Below, piece by piece: positions 7,022 through 16,839 of a stretch of DNA of 28,191 nucleotides; position 1 is the stretch's first letter; every line of letters starts with the position of its first letter. Position numbers and translations under genes: made by a program. The DNA comes from Myxococcales bacterium. Lineage in GTDB: Bacteria; Desulfobacterota; Binatia; HRBIN30. The stretch spans positions 1 through 28,191 of the forward strand of contig JBBILD010000030.1 in NCBI GenBank assembly GCA_037445065.1, written 5' to 3'. The notes below the pieces were generated by a model that did not search any database, was not told the DNA's origin, and was given only the letters and a program-made list of their open reading frames with translations.

Positions 7022-8706
7022 CGGGAGTTCACCACGACAATCTTTTTGCGCCACTGTGCAATGAGGCGCGGCTTGGGTTCGAGTGAAGGTTCGAGCCGCG
7101 CCAGTTCGTGCCGATTCAGTACCAAAAACAGACGCCGAGGTTGGCGCCAGGCGGCAAAGAGCTGCTCCTCTTTAGGCCAAAAAAATCCGCTTTGGTCTCC
7201 TTGCCGGCTACCGAAATCCAGCTCGCCCCAGGAGCGAACCAAAATGGCGCGTTGTCCGGTATAGTAAGGGATTCCTTGCGTGTAGTGACCGAAAAGCACG
7301 ATGCGGTCTCCCGGTTGCCACTGATCGCGAATCGCGAGTGCCAAGGGTTTGTAATGCTCGGCAACGCTACGGCCGCAGAACGTAACCAACAGGAGGCCAA
7401 GCGCAGTGCCAAAGGTGGCAAACAGCCAGCGCTGGGCTCTCCCCGCCTCCGCAAGCCGCCAAGCCGCGAACGATCCGAGCAACAGGACGAGTCCTGCGGC
7501 CATTAGGTAAGGGGGAAGCAGGGCGGCGCGGTAGTGGCCGGAAACGAGGGGGGCGAGGCGCGACGCCACGAGCGTGCCGATGCCTAGAAAGAGAAGAAGC
7601 AGCGAGCAAAAGCGCAGCGGCTTCGTGTCTTCCTCGCGCAAAACTCGTTGCAACCAGCGGGCAAGCAAAACGGCCAGCGGCGGGAATACGGGCAAAATGT
7701 AGGTTGCGAGCTTCGATCCAGACAAGGAAAAGAAGGCGAACGGAAACAACACCCAACTCGCCAAGAAGAGCGTTCCGGGTCCTGCCCGTTCGGTTCTGCG
7801 CACTCGACGGTCCGTGAACGGAGCCCGGTACAGCCTCGCACCCAGAACCGCCGCCCAAGGTAGAAAGCCAGCCAGCAAAACCGGGACGAAAAACCACAGC
7901 GGCTCTCGATGCTCGGTGGGTGCCAGGTAGCGACCGAGATGCTGTTCGACAAAGAAAAAATGCACGAACTCGGGATTGCGCACACTGACCAGCACGAACC
8001 ACGGTGCGCTGATGAGAACGAACAGCGCCAGCACGGAAGGCCGGAGGAGCGGTTTCCACCAGAGCCAGCGGCGCACGAGCACGGTGTAGGTGGCGAGTGA
8101 ACCTCCGGCCAGCACCACTGCGACAGGACCCTTGGTGAGAACGGCCAGAGCCGTCGCCAGAGCAAAGCCTACCGGGGCCCAGCGTGCGCTCTCTCCGCGT
8201 TCCCAAATGCGCCAGGCGAAGGCCAGGGAGAGGGTGAGCAAGCCGGTCAGCGGCATGTCCAAGGTGAGGACTTGGCCGAGGCCGAAGTAGAGTGGTGCGC
8301 TGCTCAGCACCAGCATGGCGAGGAAGCCACTTTCTGCCCCGTAGATGCGTCTCCCCAGCCACCAAGCAACCGCGATCCCGAGGCAGGCGAACACGGCTGG
8401 CCACAAGCGAACCCAGAACTCGTGCCGCCCAAACAGCGAGATGTTCGTTGCTGTGAGCCAGTACACAAGGGGCGGCTTTTCGAAGTACTTCACGTGATTC
8501 AGATGAGGGGTGACCCAGTCGTTCCGTTCCACCATTTCCCGCGCGATCTCGGCGTAACGTGGTTCGTCGGGTTCGATCAGCGGGGCGAGCCCGAGGGTGG
8601 CGAAGTAGGCGAGCGCGATCAGGAGGGCGCACAGCGCCTGGGGTAGCACCAAAGCGGCACTGGTCCCTACCTCCGATGCTTCTTGTTGCTGAGGCAGGCT
8701 AATCAC
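7018..8706 (-). CDS. arnT: 4-amino-4-deoxy-L-arabinose transferase (ArnT-like)
   Basis: Canonical PDEPRYAEIAREM, DWVTPHLN, YFEKPPL, TLDM, TKGP, LPW and SKLATYILP motifs, plus a C-terminal periplasmic domain (GELDFG). Lies next to arnD. Confidence 0.88.
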   Translation of the reverse strand: MISLPQQQEASEVGTSAALVLPQALCALLIALAYFATLGLAPLIEPDEPRYAEIAREMVERNDWVTPHLNHVKYFEKPPLVYWLTATNISLFGRHEFWVRLWPAVFACLGIAVAWWLGRRIYGAESGFLAMLVLSSAPLYFGLGQVLTLDMPLTGLLTLSLAFAWRIWERGESARWAPVGFALATALAVLTKGPVAVVLAGGSLATYTVLVRRWLWWKPLLRPSVLALFVLISAPWFVLVSVRNPEFVHFFFVEQHLGRYLAPTEHREPLWFFVPVLLAGFLPWAAVLGARLYRAPFTDRRVRRTERAGPGTLFLASWVLFPFAFFSLSGSKLATYILPVFPPLAVLLARWLQRVLREEDTKPLRFCSLLLLFLGIGTLVASRLAPLVSGHYRAALLPPYLMAAGLVLLLGSFAAWRLAEAGRAQRWLFATFGTALGLLLVTFCGRSVAEHYKPLALAIRDQWQPGDRIVLFGHYTQGIPYYTGQRAILVRSWGELDFGSRQGDQSGFFWPKEEQLFAAWRQPRRLFLVLNRHELARLEPSLEPKPRLIAQWRKKIVVVNSR

Positions 8707-9589
8707 AAGCCTCTCCTTGCAGGGCCACGGTCCCCGCCCGCCCGGGTAATCTGCCTTGCGCCAGTGGACTAGGCCCAGCAGAAACGTGTTTGGGAGCTAC
8801 TTCGATCAGGGGCTGAATCGCGTACCCTTCCGTCTGTGCGGCCTCGAGTAGCCGCTCGAGAAAACCCTGGAAGGAGCGCCCCTCCATTTCTGCGTGGGCG
8901 GTGTAGACGTTCAGCCCTTCCTGCAGGCGCCGCACGTACCAGCGCCACAAGACGTTTACGTCGTAGCTGACCGCGCCCCAGGTTTCGTCGAGCGTCGGCA
9001 GAGTTGTGGGAATTTCCAGGGTGCGAAACACCCGCCCGCCGATACGAGGATAGTAGGGCGAGCGGCCGCGGGTGTCGCTGTGGTAAGCGAGATTCCATTC
9101 GTCCTCGCAGATGAGGCTCTGTTCGCTGCACTGCCAGCCCGGCGCTCCGAAGGCACGAGGTGTCAGTCCCGTTGCCTCGGCCACACATTCCCACGCGGCT
9201 GCCATCTCTTCGCGAATCTCCATTGCAGAAAGCATGGGAAGCTGGTTTTGCCAGCGTGCGTGGTTGTAGCCGTGTACTGCCAGCTCGTGCCCAGCGTAAG
9301 CGATCTCGCGCAACTGCCCGGCGCAGCGGCGGCCGATGTGGGGACCCGGTAAGAGAGTGCCGTACAGAAGTGTTTTCCAGCCGTATGTACGTGCCGCCCT
9401 CGTGCGGCGCATCTTCTCCAGAAAACCGGGCTGCAGGACTCTACGAATGGCGCGCCCCGAGTGGTCGGGCCCGCAGGCGACGAAAAAGCTGGCGCGCACC
9501 CCGAGGCGATCGAGCAGGCGGAGCAAATTGGGCACGCCGAAGCGCATGCCCGCGTAGGTGCAAACGTCGATCTTAAGCGCCAGTGTCAT
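8699..9589 (-). CDS. arnD: Undecaprenyl-phosphate-Ara4FN deformylase (ArnD, NodB-type fold)
   Basis: LKIDVCT..G...GVPNL, SFFVACGPD..GRA, YGTLLPGP, HGYNH, APGW, SDTRG, IPTTLPTLDE and YTAHAEMEG are collinear with ArnD. Start at ATG 9589. Confidence 0.9.
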   Translation of the reverse strand: MTLALKIDVCTYAGMRFGVPNLLRLLDRLGVRASFFVACGPDHSGRAIRRVLQPGFLEKMRRTRAARTYGWKTLLYGTLLPGPHIGRRCAGQLREIAYAGHELAVHGYNHARWQNQLPMLSAMEIREEMAAAWECVAEATGLTPRAFGAPGWQCSEQSLICEDEWNLAYHSDTRGRSPYYPRIGGRVFRTLEIPTTLPTLDETWGAVSYDVNVLWRWYVRRLQEGLNVYTAHAEMEGRSFQGFLERLLEAAQTEGYAIQPLIEVAPKHVSAGPSPLAQGRLPGRAGTVALQGEACD

Positions 9590-9600
9590 GGCAAGTAGGG

Positions 9601-10560
9601 TCAGGGATTTTGCGAACGAAACCACTCGATCGTTCGCGCTAATCCTTCGCGCAAGGGGGTGTCTGCACGCACCCCGAGGATGGTGTGCATGCGCGTCACA
9701 TCCGGCACCCGTCGGCGAATGTCCTCGTAGCTGTGGCCGTACACGTCCTCGCAACGCACGAACTGGATCGTAGACCGAGAGCCGGTCAGTTCGATGATCT
9801 CCCGGGCGAGTTCGAGCAGGGTGGTTTCCCGGTCGCTGCCGATGTTGAAGATTTCTCCGTCGGTGTTCGGCTTCAGGCCCGCCGCGATGGTCGCGCGTAC
9901 GCAGTCCTCCACGTACGTAAAGCAGCGGCTCTGCTGGCCGTCGCCAATCACGGTGAGCGGCTCACCGCGGAAGGCTTGGCCGAGAAAGATCGTGATGACA
10001 CGCCCGACATCCAGGCGGTCGAGCCGCGGCCCATACACGTTGAAGTAGCGGGTGATCGTGACCGGCAGCCCCATGCGGTGGTAGGCGAAACAAAAGTGTT
10101 CGCCTGCGGCCTTCGAGGTAGCGTAACACCAGCGGTCAATGCGGGTGGAGCCGAGGACCCGATCGTCGTCCTCTCTCCAGGGCACTTTGGGATTCCTCCC
10201 GTACACCTCGGAGGTAGAGCCGAAGACCACTTTCTTGCGGTGCTTGAAGGCCATTTTCAGTACGTTTTGCGTGCCGTTGATGTTGACGTTGAGCACTTCG
10301 TAGGGATCGGCCACGTAGTGTTCCACGCCCACGACCGCTGCCAGGTGGTACACGAGATCGCACTGTGCGATGAGCCCTTCGAGGAGATCGAGCTGAAACA
10401 CACTGTCCCGAATGAAGTGGAAGCCATCGCGACCCATCAGATGGCGAACTTTTTGTGTTGTGCCCGTGTCCAGCACGAACACTTCGTCGCCGCGCGCAAG
10501 CAACGCCTCAGTGAGATGCGAGCCAATGAACCCGGCTCCTCCCGTGATCAGCACCTTCAT
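9601..10560 (-). CDS. arnA: NAD-dependent epimerase/dehydratase; probable UDP-glucuronate C4 dehydrogenase/decarboxylase (ArnA C-terminal domain equivalent)
   Basis: TGGAGFIG, STSEVYG, RWCYATSK (YxxxK), FNVYGPRLD and YEDIRRRVP. It lies between the formyltransferase and arnD. Start at ATG 10560 overlaps the upstream stop. Confidence 0.8.
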   Translation of the reverse strand: MKVLITGGAGFIGSHLTEALLARGDEVFVLDTGTTQKVRHLMGRDGFHFIRDSVFQLDLLEGLIAQCDLVYHLAAVVGVEHYVADPYEVLNVNINGTQNVLKMAFKHRKKVVFGSTSEVYGRNPKVPWREDDDRVLGSTRIDRWCYATSKAAGEHFCFAYHRMGLPVTITRYFNVYGPRLDRLDVGRVITIFLGQAFRGEPLTVIGDGQQSRCFTYVEDCVRATIAAGLKPNTDGEIFNIGSDRETTLLELAREIIELTGSRSTIQFVRCEDVYGHSYEDIRRRVPDVTRMHTILGVRADTPLREGLARTIEWFRSQNP

Positions 10561-11480
10561 TCGAACCGCTCTCCTCTTTGCACCCCTCGTCGTTCCGCCC
10601 ATTTGCTACCCGTCATTTCCGGTGCGCTTGGATCGCTCACGGTGTCGAGGCGGATGCAACCCGAGCCGCATTGCACAAGTAGATCGGGACGGGTCGCCAG
10701 CACCGTGCCTGGCACTGCCGTTGCCGAACCCGCCTGCAGGGCCGTGGCGCGCCAAACGAAAAGCTGTGCTCCCCGATAAAAGGCGAAGGCGCCCGGGTAG
10801 GGATGGGTGACCGCCCGCACGAGGTTGAACACGGCACGCGCAGATTGGTGCCACAGGATCTTCCCGTCCTCAGGCGTGCGCCCTCCAAAATACGAAGCCT
10901 GGGCCGGGTCTTGCGGCATGCGCGGCGCGGTGCCGGCAAAGAGCGCGGGCAGAGTGTCGCGCAGCAGTTGGGCCGCGGCCACGGTGAGCTTGTCGAAGAG
11001 GGTGCGGGCGGTATCGCTGTCCTCGATCGGTACGGCACGCTGCGCGACGATGTCGCCCGCGTCTGGTTTCTCGGTCATGTAATGCAGCGTGACACCAGTT
11101 TCTCGCTCGTCATGAATCAGCACCCAGTTGACTGGGCAACGGCCGCGATAGCGTGGCAACAAGGAGCCGTGCAGGTTCAAGGCGCCGCGTTCAGCACAAG
11201 CGAGCAGGGGCGCCGCGAGGAGGCGACGGTAATAGAAGGAAAAGAGGAAGTCCGGTTTTGCCTCGCGCACCGCTTGCACCCACTCCGGCCGATTCGGATC
11301 GGCAGGTGAGACGACACGCAACGCATGTTCCAGGGCCAGCGCACGAACGGAACGAAACCAGATATTCTCATCTGGGTCGTCATCGTGCGTAAACACGAGC
11401 GGGATCTCCACCCCAGACTCGAGCAGGCATTGCAGCCCGGCGTAGCCGATCTCGTGATAGGCAAAGACGACGCAGCGCAT
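10557..11480 (-). CDS. arnA: UDP-Ara4N formyltransferase (ArnA N-terminal domain as a stand-alone protein)
   Basis: MRCVVFAYHEIG (ArnA: MKTVVFAYHDMG), FTHDD...ENIWF.SV, FSFYYR, NLHGSLLPRYRGRCP.NW, DAGDI and YFGGRTPEDG. Start at ATG 11480 (TGATG overlap). Confidence 0.9.
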   Translation of the reverse strand: MRCVVFAYHEIGYAGLQCLLESGVEIPLVFTHDDDPDENIWFRSVRALALEHALRVVSPADPNRPEWVQAVREAKPDFLFSFYYRRLLAAPLLACAERGALNLHGSLLPRYRGRCPVNWVLIHDERETGVTLHYMTEKPDAGDIVAQRAVPIEDSDTARTLFDKLTVAAAQLLRDTLPALFAGTAPRMPQDPAQASYFGGRTPEDGKILWHQSARAVFNLVRAVTHPYPGAFAFYRGAQLFVWRATALQAGSATAVPGTVLATRPDLLVQCGSGCIRLDTVSDPSAPEMTGSKWAERRGVQRGERFE

Positions 11481-12448
11481 CAGGGATCCGAGCCACCCGA
11501 GTACACCGCACGGATGCGGTACGCAGGCCGGCGGCGTACCTCCAGGTAAATACGGCCTACGTATTCGCCCACGATCCCCACGGCCAAAATGAGTATGCCG
11601 AGGCACACGAAAAGGAGCGCAAACAAAATGAACAACCCCTCCGCTTCCGGCCCGACCAACAAGCGGCGCACGAGCAGGAAGGCACCGAAGGTGACCCCGC
11701 CGAGCGCCACCACCACTCCGCAGAGACTGACCAGCTGGATCGGAAGGAGCGAGAAACCAGTGAGCAGATCGAAGCAAAGCCGCAGTAGATCCAGAGGCGA
11801 GTATTTCGAACGGCCGAAAACGCGTTCGCCGTGGCTCACTGGTACCTCTGCGGAACGGCGCGCCAGCAGATTGGCGAGCGCAGGGATGAAGGCCGCGCGT
11901 TCCTCGCAGCGCAGGATTTCTTGCACGATTTCCCGGCGATAGGCACGCAACATGCAGCCGTGGTCGTGAATCGGGGTTCCCGTGGCCAGGCGGGTCATCC
12001 AATTGACCACCCGCGAGGCGAGTTTGCGCAGCGTAGGATCGCGCCGGTTTGTGCGCCACCCGCCGGCGACTTCGTAGCCCGACTCCAGCGCCGCGAGCAA
12101 CTTCGGGATGTCTTCAGGAGGGTTCTGCAGGTCCGCGTCCAGGGTCACGATGACCTCACCCCGAGCCAACGAAAAGCCAGCGAGAATGGCCGCATGCTGG
12201 CCAAAGTTGCGAGCCAGTTCCACCACCCGCACGTGCGAGTCACAGTCCGTGAAGGCCCGTAACCGATCGAGAGAGCGATCCTCACTTCCATCATCCACGT
12301 AAATCACTTCATACCGGCGCCCGAGGGCCTGCAACACAGAGGTTAAGCGCCGGTGCAGCGGGGCGAGATTGTCCTCCTCGTTATAGACCGGGATCACGAC
12401 AGAAATATCGGGCCCCTCGTGAAGGGTGCGAACCTCGCCATCGGCCAT
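11480..12448 (-). CDS. arnC: Undecaprenyl-phosphate 4-deoxy-4-formamido-L-arabinose transferase
   Basis: ISVVIPVYNEE, VDDGSED, RNFGQHAAILAGF, TLDADLQNPPEDIP, DHGCMLRAYRR, FIPALA and GEYVGRIY, with two TM helices. Start likely ATG 12448. Confidence 0.9.
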   Translation of the reverse strand: MADGEVRTLHEGPDISVVIPVYNEEDNLAPLHRRLTSVLQALGRRYEVIYVDDGSEDRSLDRLRAFTDCDSHVRVVELARNFGQHAAILAGFSLARGEVIVTLDADLQNPPEDIPKLLAALESGYEVAGGWRTNRRDPTLRKLASRVVNWMTRLATGTPIHDHGCMLRAYRREIVQEILRCEERAAFIPALANLLARRSAEVPVSHGERVFGRSKYSPLDLLRLCFDLLTGFSLLPIQLVSLCGVVVALGGVTFGAFLLVRRLLVGPEAEGLFILFALLFVCLGILILAVGIVGEYVGRIYLEVRRRPAYRIRAVYSGGSDP

Positions 12449-12527
12449 GATTTCGCTGCAAACGCGGCAAGTGAGGGCCGAGTGGCTAGCCGTGCGTACA
12501 TCGCCATTCAACATGGTTCACTTGCGT

Positions 12528-15500
12528 TCATCGTCTCTTCCCGCGGCGATTCCACACCCGGTACAGCGCAGGCAACACGACAAGTGTGAGGAAGGCGGCG
12601 CTGATCGTGCCCCCGACAATGACCACCGCGAACGGGCGTTGCACTTCGCTGCCGATGGCGTGGCTCGTTGCCGCCGGTATCAGGCCAAGCGCAGCGAGCA
12701 GCGCCGTTATCAGCACGGGCCGCAGCCGCTCGGTACAGCCGCGCCAAATTGCCTCATCCAGGGGTGCTCCTTCTTCCCGTTTTTGCTCGATCCGGGAGAG
12801 CACGAGCACGCCGTTGAGCGAGGCTTGGCCGACGAGCGCGATGAAGCCTACCGCCGCGGACACCGAAAGCGGAAGCTCGGCCCACCACAGGGCGAGGACC
12901 CCGCCGATCAGCGCAAGGGGGGTGTTGAGGAGCACGAGGACGGCTGGAGCGAAGCGACCGAAGGAGCGAAAGAGCAAAACCAGAGTGATCAGGACGGCAA
13001 CTGGCGCGGCCAAGAAGAGGCTCCGCATCGCTCGCTCTTTGCTCTCGAATTCGCCACCCCATTCGCTTTCAAAGCCAGCAGGCAGAGGGACTGCTTTGCG
13101 CACGGCCGCACGGGCCTCCTCGACGAAAGAGCCCATATCGCGGCCCCGCACATTCATGCGGATCCCGATGTACCTGCGCCCATTCTCCCGGCTGATGGCG
13201 GCGCGGCCCCGCGCAACACCGACTCGCGCGAGCAGCTGCAAGGGTACGGTGGTTCCACCCTGCACTGGTACCTGTAAGTGGCGGACTTTTTCGATGTCGG
13301 CGCGCGCGGAAGGCGGGTAGCGAAGGACAATGTCGAAACGGGCCTCGCCATCCCAAAATACTCCAACCGGCTGACCGCCCAGCGCTGCCTGGAGCAAGTG
13401 CTGGAAATCCTCCATGTCGAGGCCGTACCGAGCCAACGCATCGCGATCGGGTTCGATCTTGATCTGCGGCAGCTCGCTGCTTTTGACGATCCCTAGATCC
13501 GCAACCCCTGGGATTGTGGCGAGCACCGCTTTCGCCTTCTCCGCCAACTGTTGTAGTTGAACCAAGTCGTCGCCGTATAGTTTGAGAGCGATTTGCCCTT
13601 GCTGCCCAGAAATACTCTCGTTCACGTTATCGCGGATCGGCTGTGAGAAGTTGATCTCGATTCCGGGAATCTCCACCAGCCGTGCGCGGATGTCCTCGAT
13701 CAAGTCGGCGAGGGAACGGATCTCGGCACGCCATTGCGCTGGCGGCTTGAGCAATAAAAAGACCTCCAGGTTGTTAGCGAGCTTCGGGTCGGTACCGTCC
13801 TCGGGCCTTCCAAGCTGGGTGAGCACACCCGCCACCTCTGGGTGAGAGCGGAGAAGCTGGGAGATACGCGGCACCAGTCGGCGCCCTTCGCTCAGGCTCG
13901 TGTTCGGTGGCAAGGTGAAGGTGACATACAGCGAGCCTTCGTTCAGCTCGGGCAGAAACTCGCTGCCGAGTTCGTTGAGAACATAGATGGCAACGCACAA
14001 GGCAACCACGCTTCCCACGACCACCACGCTCGGGCGAGTCAGGGCAAGGCGTAAAACCGGAAGGTAGGCCCGCTCCGCGAAGCGCAACACGGGGGAGATG
14101 CGATGCGGCATTGGTTTCCGATAGGCGAAGGTTGCGAGCACCGGTACGAGAGTCATCGAGAACACGAGCGCCCCGACCAATGCGGCCACGACGGTGTTGG
14201 CCATCGGCGCGAAGATGCGCCCTTCGACTCGCTGCAGCAGAAAGATCGGCAGGTAAGCGGCAATGATGATGGTCAGTGCGAACATCGTGGGCTGAACCAC
14301 ATCGTGGACCCCAGCGCGGATGCGCGCATGCAGCGTTTCGTACGGGAGAGCCTCGCTTGGGGCATGCCCCGCGGCAAGCCGCAGCAAGATGCTTTCCACG
14401 ATGACCACGGCTCCGTCCACAATAATTCCGAAGTCCACCGCCCCCATGCTGAGCAAGTTGGCGCTCATGCCCCGCAGCTTCAAATAGATAAAGGCGCTCA
14501 GCAGCGAGAGCGGGATGACGCTGGCACAAATCAGGGCAGCTCGCAGATCGAGCAGGAAAACGGCCAGCACGACGATCACGAGAACAGCCCCCTCGACCAG
14601 ATTGCGACCCACCGTGCGCAGGGTGGTGTTGACCAAGTCGGTACGATCGTAAAACGGCACGACTCGAATCCCTTCGGGTGCCAGCCGTGCGTCGAGTTCC
14701 GCCACCGCCTCGCGCACTCGCGCGAGCACGTCCGATGGATTCTCCCCGCGCCTCATCAGCACGATGCCCTGCACGCCGTCGTAGTTGTCTGCGTGGCTGA
14801 CCACGCCCTGCCGTGGCGTCCAACCGTTGCGTACGCTGGCCACGTCCCGTACCCGCACCGGTGTGCCGTCTCGGCTGGTGACGTGCACGGCGCCGATGTC
14901 CGCCAAAGTGCGGAACAGCCCTTCGCTACGAATCACGAACTGTTCCGCTCCGTGTTCGAGCACGCCCCCACTCGCGTTGACACTGCCCTTGCGCAGAGAG
15001 TTCTCCAAGTCCTCGAGAGTGAGCCCGAAGGCGGCGAGCTTGGCCGGGGAGGGCTGAACGTGCACTTCGCGTACGAGGCCGCCGTACGACACCACGTCTG
15101 CGACGCCGAGGACGCGCAGCAGGCGCGGCCGCACAATCCAATCTTGAACGGTGCGCAACCGCATCGGGTCGCCGCCACCACCGTCCAGCGTGTAGCGGTA
15201 GACCTCGCCGATCGGGGTGGCGAGTGGACCTAGATCGGCCTGCACCCCGGGCGGGAGATCGACGCTGCGCAAACGCTCGAGCACTTGCGCGCGAGCAAAC
15301 AACGGGTCCACCCCGTCGGCAAAGGTCAGGGTGATGTAGGACAGACCGAACAACGACAGATTCCGAAGGCGGATGAGCCCGGGGGTCCCATTTAACGCGC
15401 GCTCGATGGGTAGACCGATTTGCCGTTCTACCTCTTCGGCAGGCTGGCCTGGGAAAAGCGTGATCACGTTGACTTGCGTGTCGGTGGGATCCGGAAAGGC

Positions 15501-15611
15501 CTCGACGGTGAGATTGCGGAAGGCCCACCAACCCGCAACCATGACCACCACAGAGAAAAACACCACCGCGGCGCGATTGTTCAAGGAAAGATCGACGATC
15601 CTGGTGAACAT
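12528..15611 (-). CDS. czcA: CusA/CzcA family heavy-metal efflux RND transporter
   Basis: 1027 aa with AFPD, GEVYRY, ANLLSMGAVDFGIIVDGAVVIVE, EFLPELNEG, FSQPI and RLRPVL motifs (HME-RND signature). Metal specificity is not determined. Confidence 0.92.
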   Translation of the reverse strand: MFTRIVDLSLNNRAAVVFFSVVVMVAGWWAFRNLTVEAFPDPTDTQVNVITLFPGQPAEEVERQIGLPIERALNGTPGLIRLRNLSLFGLSYITLTFADGVDPLFARAQVLERLRSVDLPPGVQADLGPLATPIGEVYRYTLDGGGGDPMRLRTVQDWIVRPRLLRVLGVADVVSYGGLVREVHVQPSPAKLAAFGLTLEDLENSLRKGSVNASGGVLEHGAEQFVIRSEGLFRTLADIGAVHVTSRDGTPVRVRDVASVRNGWTPRQGVVSHADNYDGVQGIVLMRRGENPSDVLARVREAVAELDARLAPEGIRVVPFYDRTDLVNTTLRTVGRNLVEGAVLVIVVLAVFLLDLRAALICASVIPLSLLSAFIYLKLRGMSANLLSMGAVDFGIIVDGAVVIVESILLRLAAGHAPSEALPYETLHARIRAGVHDVVQPTMFALTIIIAAYLPIFLLQRVEGRIFAPMANTVVAALVGALVFSMTLVPVLATFAYRKPMPHRISPVLRFAERAYLPVLRLALTRPSVVVVGSVVALCVAIYVLNELGSEFLPELNEGSLYVTFTLPPNTSLSEGRRLVPRISQLLRSHPEVAGVLTQLGRPEDGTDPKLANNLEVFLLLKPPAQWRAEIRSLADLIEDIRARLVEIPGIEINFSQPIRDNVNESISGQQGQIALKLYGDDLVQLQQLAEKAKAVLATIPGVADLGIVKSSELPQIKIEPDRDALARYGLDMEDFQHLLQAALGGQPVGVFWDGEARFDIVLRYPPSARADIEKVRHLQVPVQGGTTVPLQLLARVGVARGRAAISRENGRRYIGIRMNVRGRDMGSFVEEARAAVRKAVPLPAGFESEWGGEFESKERAMRSLFLAAPVAVLITLVLLFRSFGRFAPAVLVLLNTPLALIGGVLALWWAELPLSVSAAVGFIALVGQASLNGVLVLSRIEQKREEGAPLDEAIWRGCTERLRPVLITALLAALGLIPAATSHAIGSEVQRPFAVVIVGGTISAAFLTLVVLPALYRVWNRRGKRR

Positions 15612-15624
15612 GGGCCTGCCGACT

Positions 15625-16839
15625 TCACCGGGCTAACTCGATGGCGTTGCCCAGTAAGATCGCACCCCGGGCCACGTACGTTTCGCCGGGCTCGAGACCG
15701 GCGACGATTTCGATCGCTTGTTCGTTCCGGCGGCCGGTGGTGACGGCCCGGCGGGCAAAGGCAGTTGCAGAGGAAGCAGTGGCAACAAAGACGTAGGCGC
15801 GCTGGTCGTCGGTGATCACGGCCTCGGCGGGAACCACGATGGTCTCTCCTGATTGCGGGAGAAACGTGACCTGAACGAACGCATTGGGCCGCAACAAATG
15901 TTCAGGATTGGGCGCGCGTAAGCGCACGCTGACCATTCGCCGCACTGGATCCACGACTTCGCTGACGTACTCGATCTCCGCGTCCCATTTTCGGCCCGGT
16001 GCAGCGCTCGAAGCGATCTCCGCGTGCCCTCCAGGCCGAAGCCATAGAGAGTCCGGTTCCGGCACGTCCGCAGTCACGACGACCTCGTCAAGATCTGCGA
16101 CCACGAACAGGGGTTGCAGCCGGTCCGGACCGACTTCCTCGCCGACCAGGACATTGCGTTCGACAACCACGCCCTCGCGGGGCGCAAGAAGCCAGTAGGC
16201 GCCCGAGTTCGACACCTGCATGGGCCGGCTGCGCAACTTGAGTTCCGCTGCTTGCCGTGCCAGGCGTACCTCGTTCAGTTCGAGTTCGGCGTTCAGCAGG
16301 TCTTTTTCGGCTGCGGCGCGCAGCTCCACCAGAGCCTTGAGACGTTCGACTGTTTTGGCGCGCGCGACTTCGCTGGCTTGCAGCACTTCGATTTCGTGCA
16401 GCAAGTCTACGAGTGCGGTGGAGCGCACCGAGACCAACCGATCGCCTGGGTTGACCCGTTGACCGAGCCGTACCGCAACCGCATCCACTCGGCCCTGTAA
16501 CGGAGCGACCACTGGCTCGGCCCGACTTTCCTCCACCCCAACGCGGCCGGGGACTGGCTCCGGCACGAGGACGGGGCGCAGTTCCGCTCGGGCTAACTGC
16601 AAGTAGCCGAGAGAGGGGGATTGAGGGGAAAAGCGCACTTCCTCTCCGGCAACCTCATAAGGTACGGCGGCCTTGCGGGGGGCGAACACGCGGAACAGAG
16701 GCGCGAGAAGGAGTAGCACAACAGTCGAGAGGGCAAGCAGCCAGAGGGCAGCACGCGGGGGCCACCGCCACAGCCAAACCAACGTGGACATGCTCCGCTC
16801 GAGGAGAGAAGTAGTCGGCGATTGGTTCGCAGTGCTCAC
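15625..16839 (-). CDS. czcB: RND periplasmic adaptor (membrane fusion protein, CzcB-like)
   Basis: N-terminal TM anchor, APLQGRV...V..GQRV..GD lipoyl half-motifs, APREGVV, VADL, LRPNAF and VP..AV. The GTG start overlaps the upstream TGA. Confidence 0.88.
   Translation of the reverse strand: MSTANQSPTTSLLERSMSTLVWLWRWPPRAALWLLALSTVVLLLLAPLFRVFAPRKAAVPYEVAGEEVRFSPQSPSLGYLQLARAELRPVLVPEPVPGRVGVEESRAEPVVAPLQGRVDAVAVRLGQRVNPGDRLVSVRSTALVDLLHEIEVLQASEVARAKTVERLKALVELRAAAEKDLLNAELELNEVRLARQAAELKLRSRPMQVSNSGAYWLLAPREGVVVERNVLVGEEVGPDRLQPLFVVADLDEVVVTADVPEPDSLWLRPGGHAEIASSAAPGRKWDAEIEYVSEVVDPVRRMVSVRLRAPNPEHLLRPNAFVQVTFLPQSGETIVVPAEAVITDDQRAYVFVATASSATAFARRAVTTGRRNEQAIEIVAGLEPGETYVARGAILLGNAIELAR

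Noticed and set aside
10557..10560. Possibility that the split arnA is a frameshifted bifunctional gene
   Set aside because: There is a clean ATGA translational coupling, and the second ORF starts exactly at the Rossmann strand. Stand-alone domains are known.
10557..12059. 500-aa ORF suggesting an N-terminally extended formyltransferase; likewise the long track versions of the ORFs bounded by 2059, 3072, 8699 and 26248
   Set aside because: The extensions overlap the upstream genes in another frame and are low-complexity. Internal starts, mostly with stop/start overlaps, fit the family N-termini.
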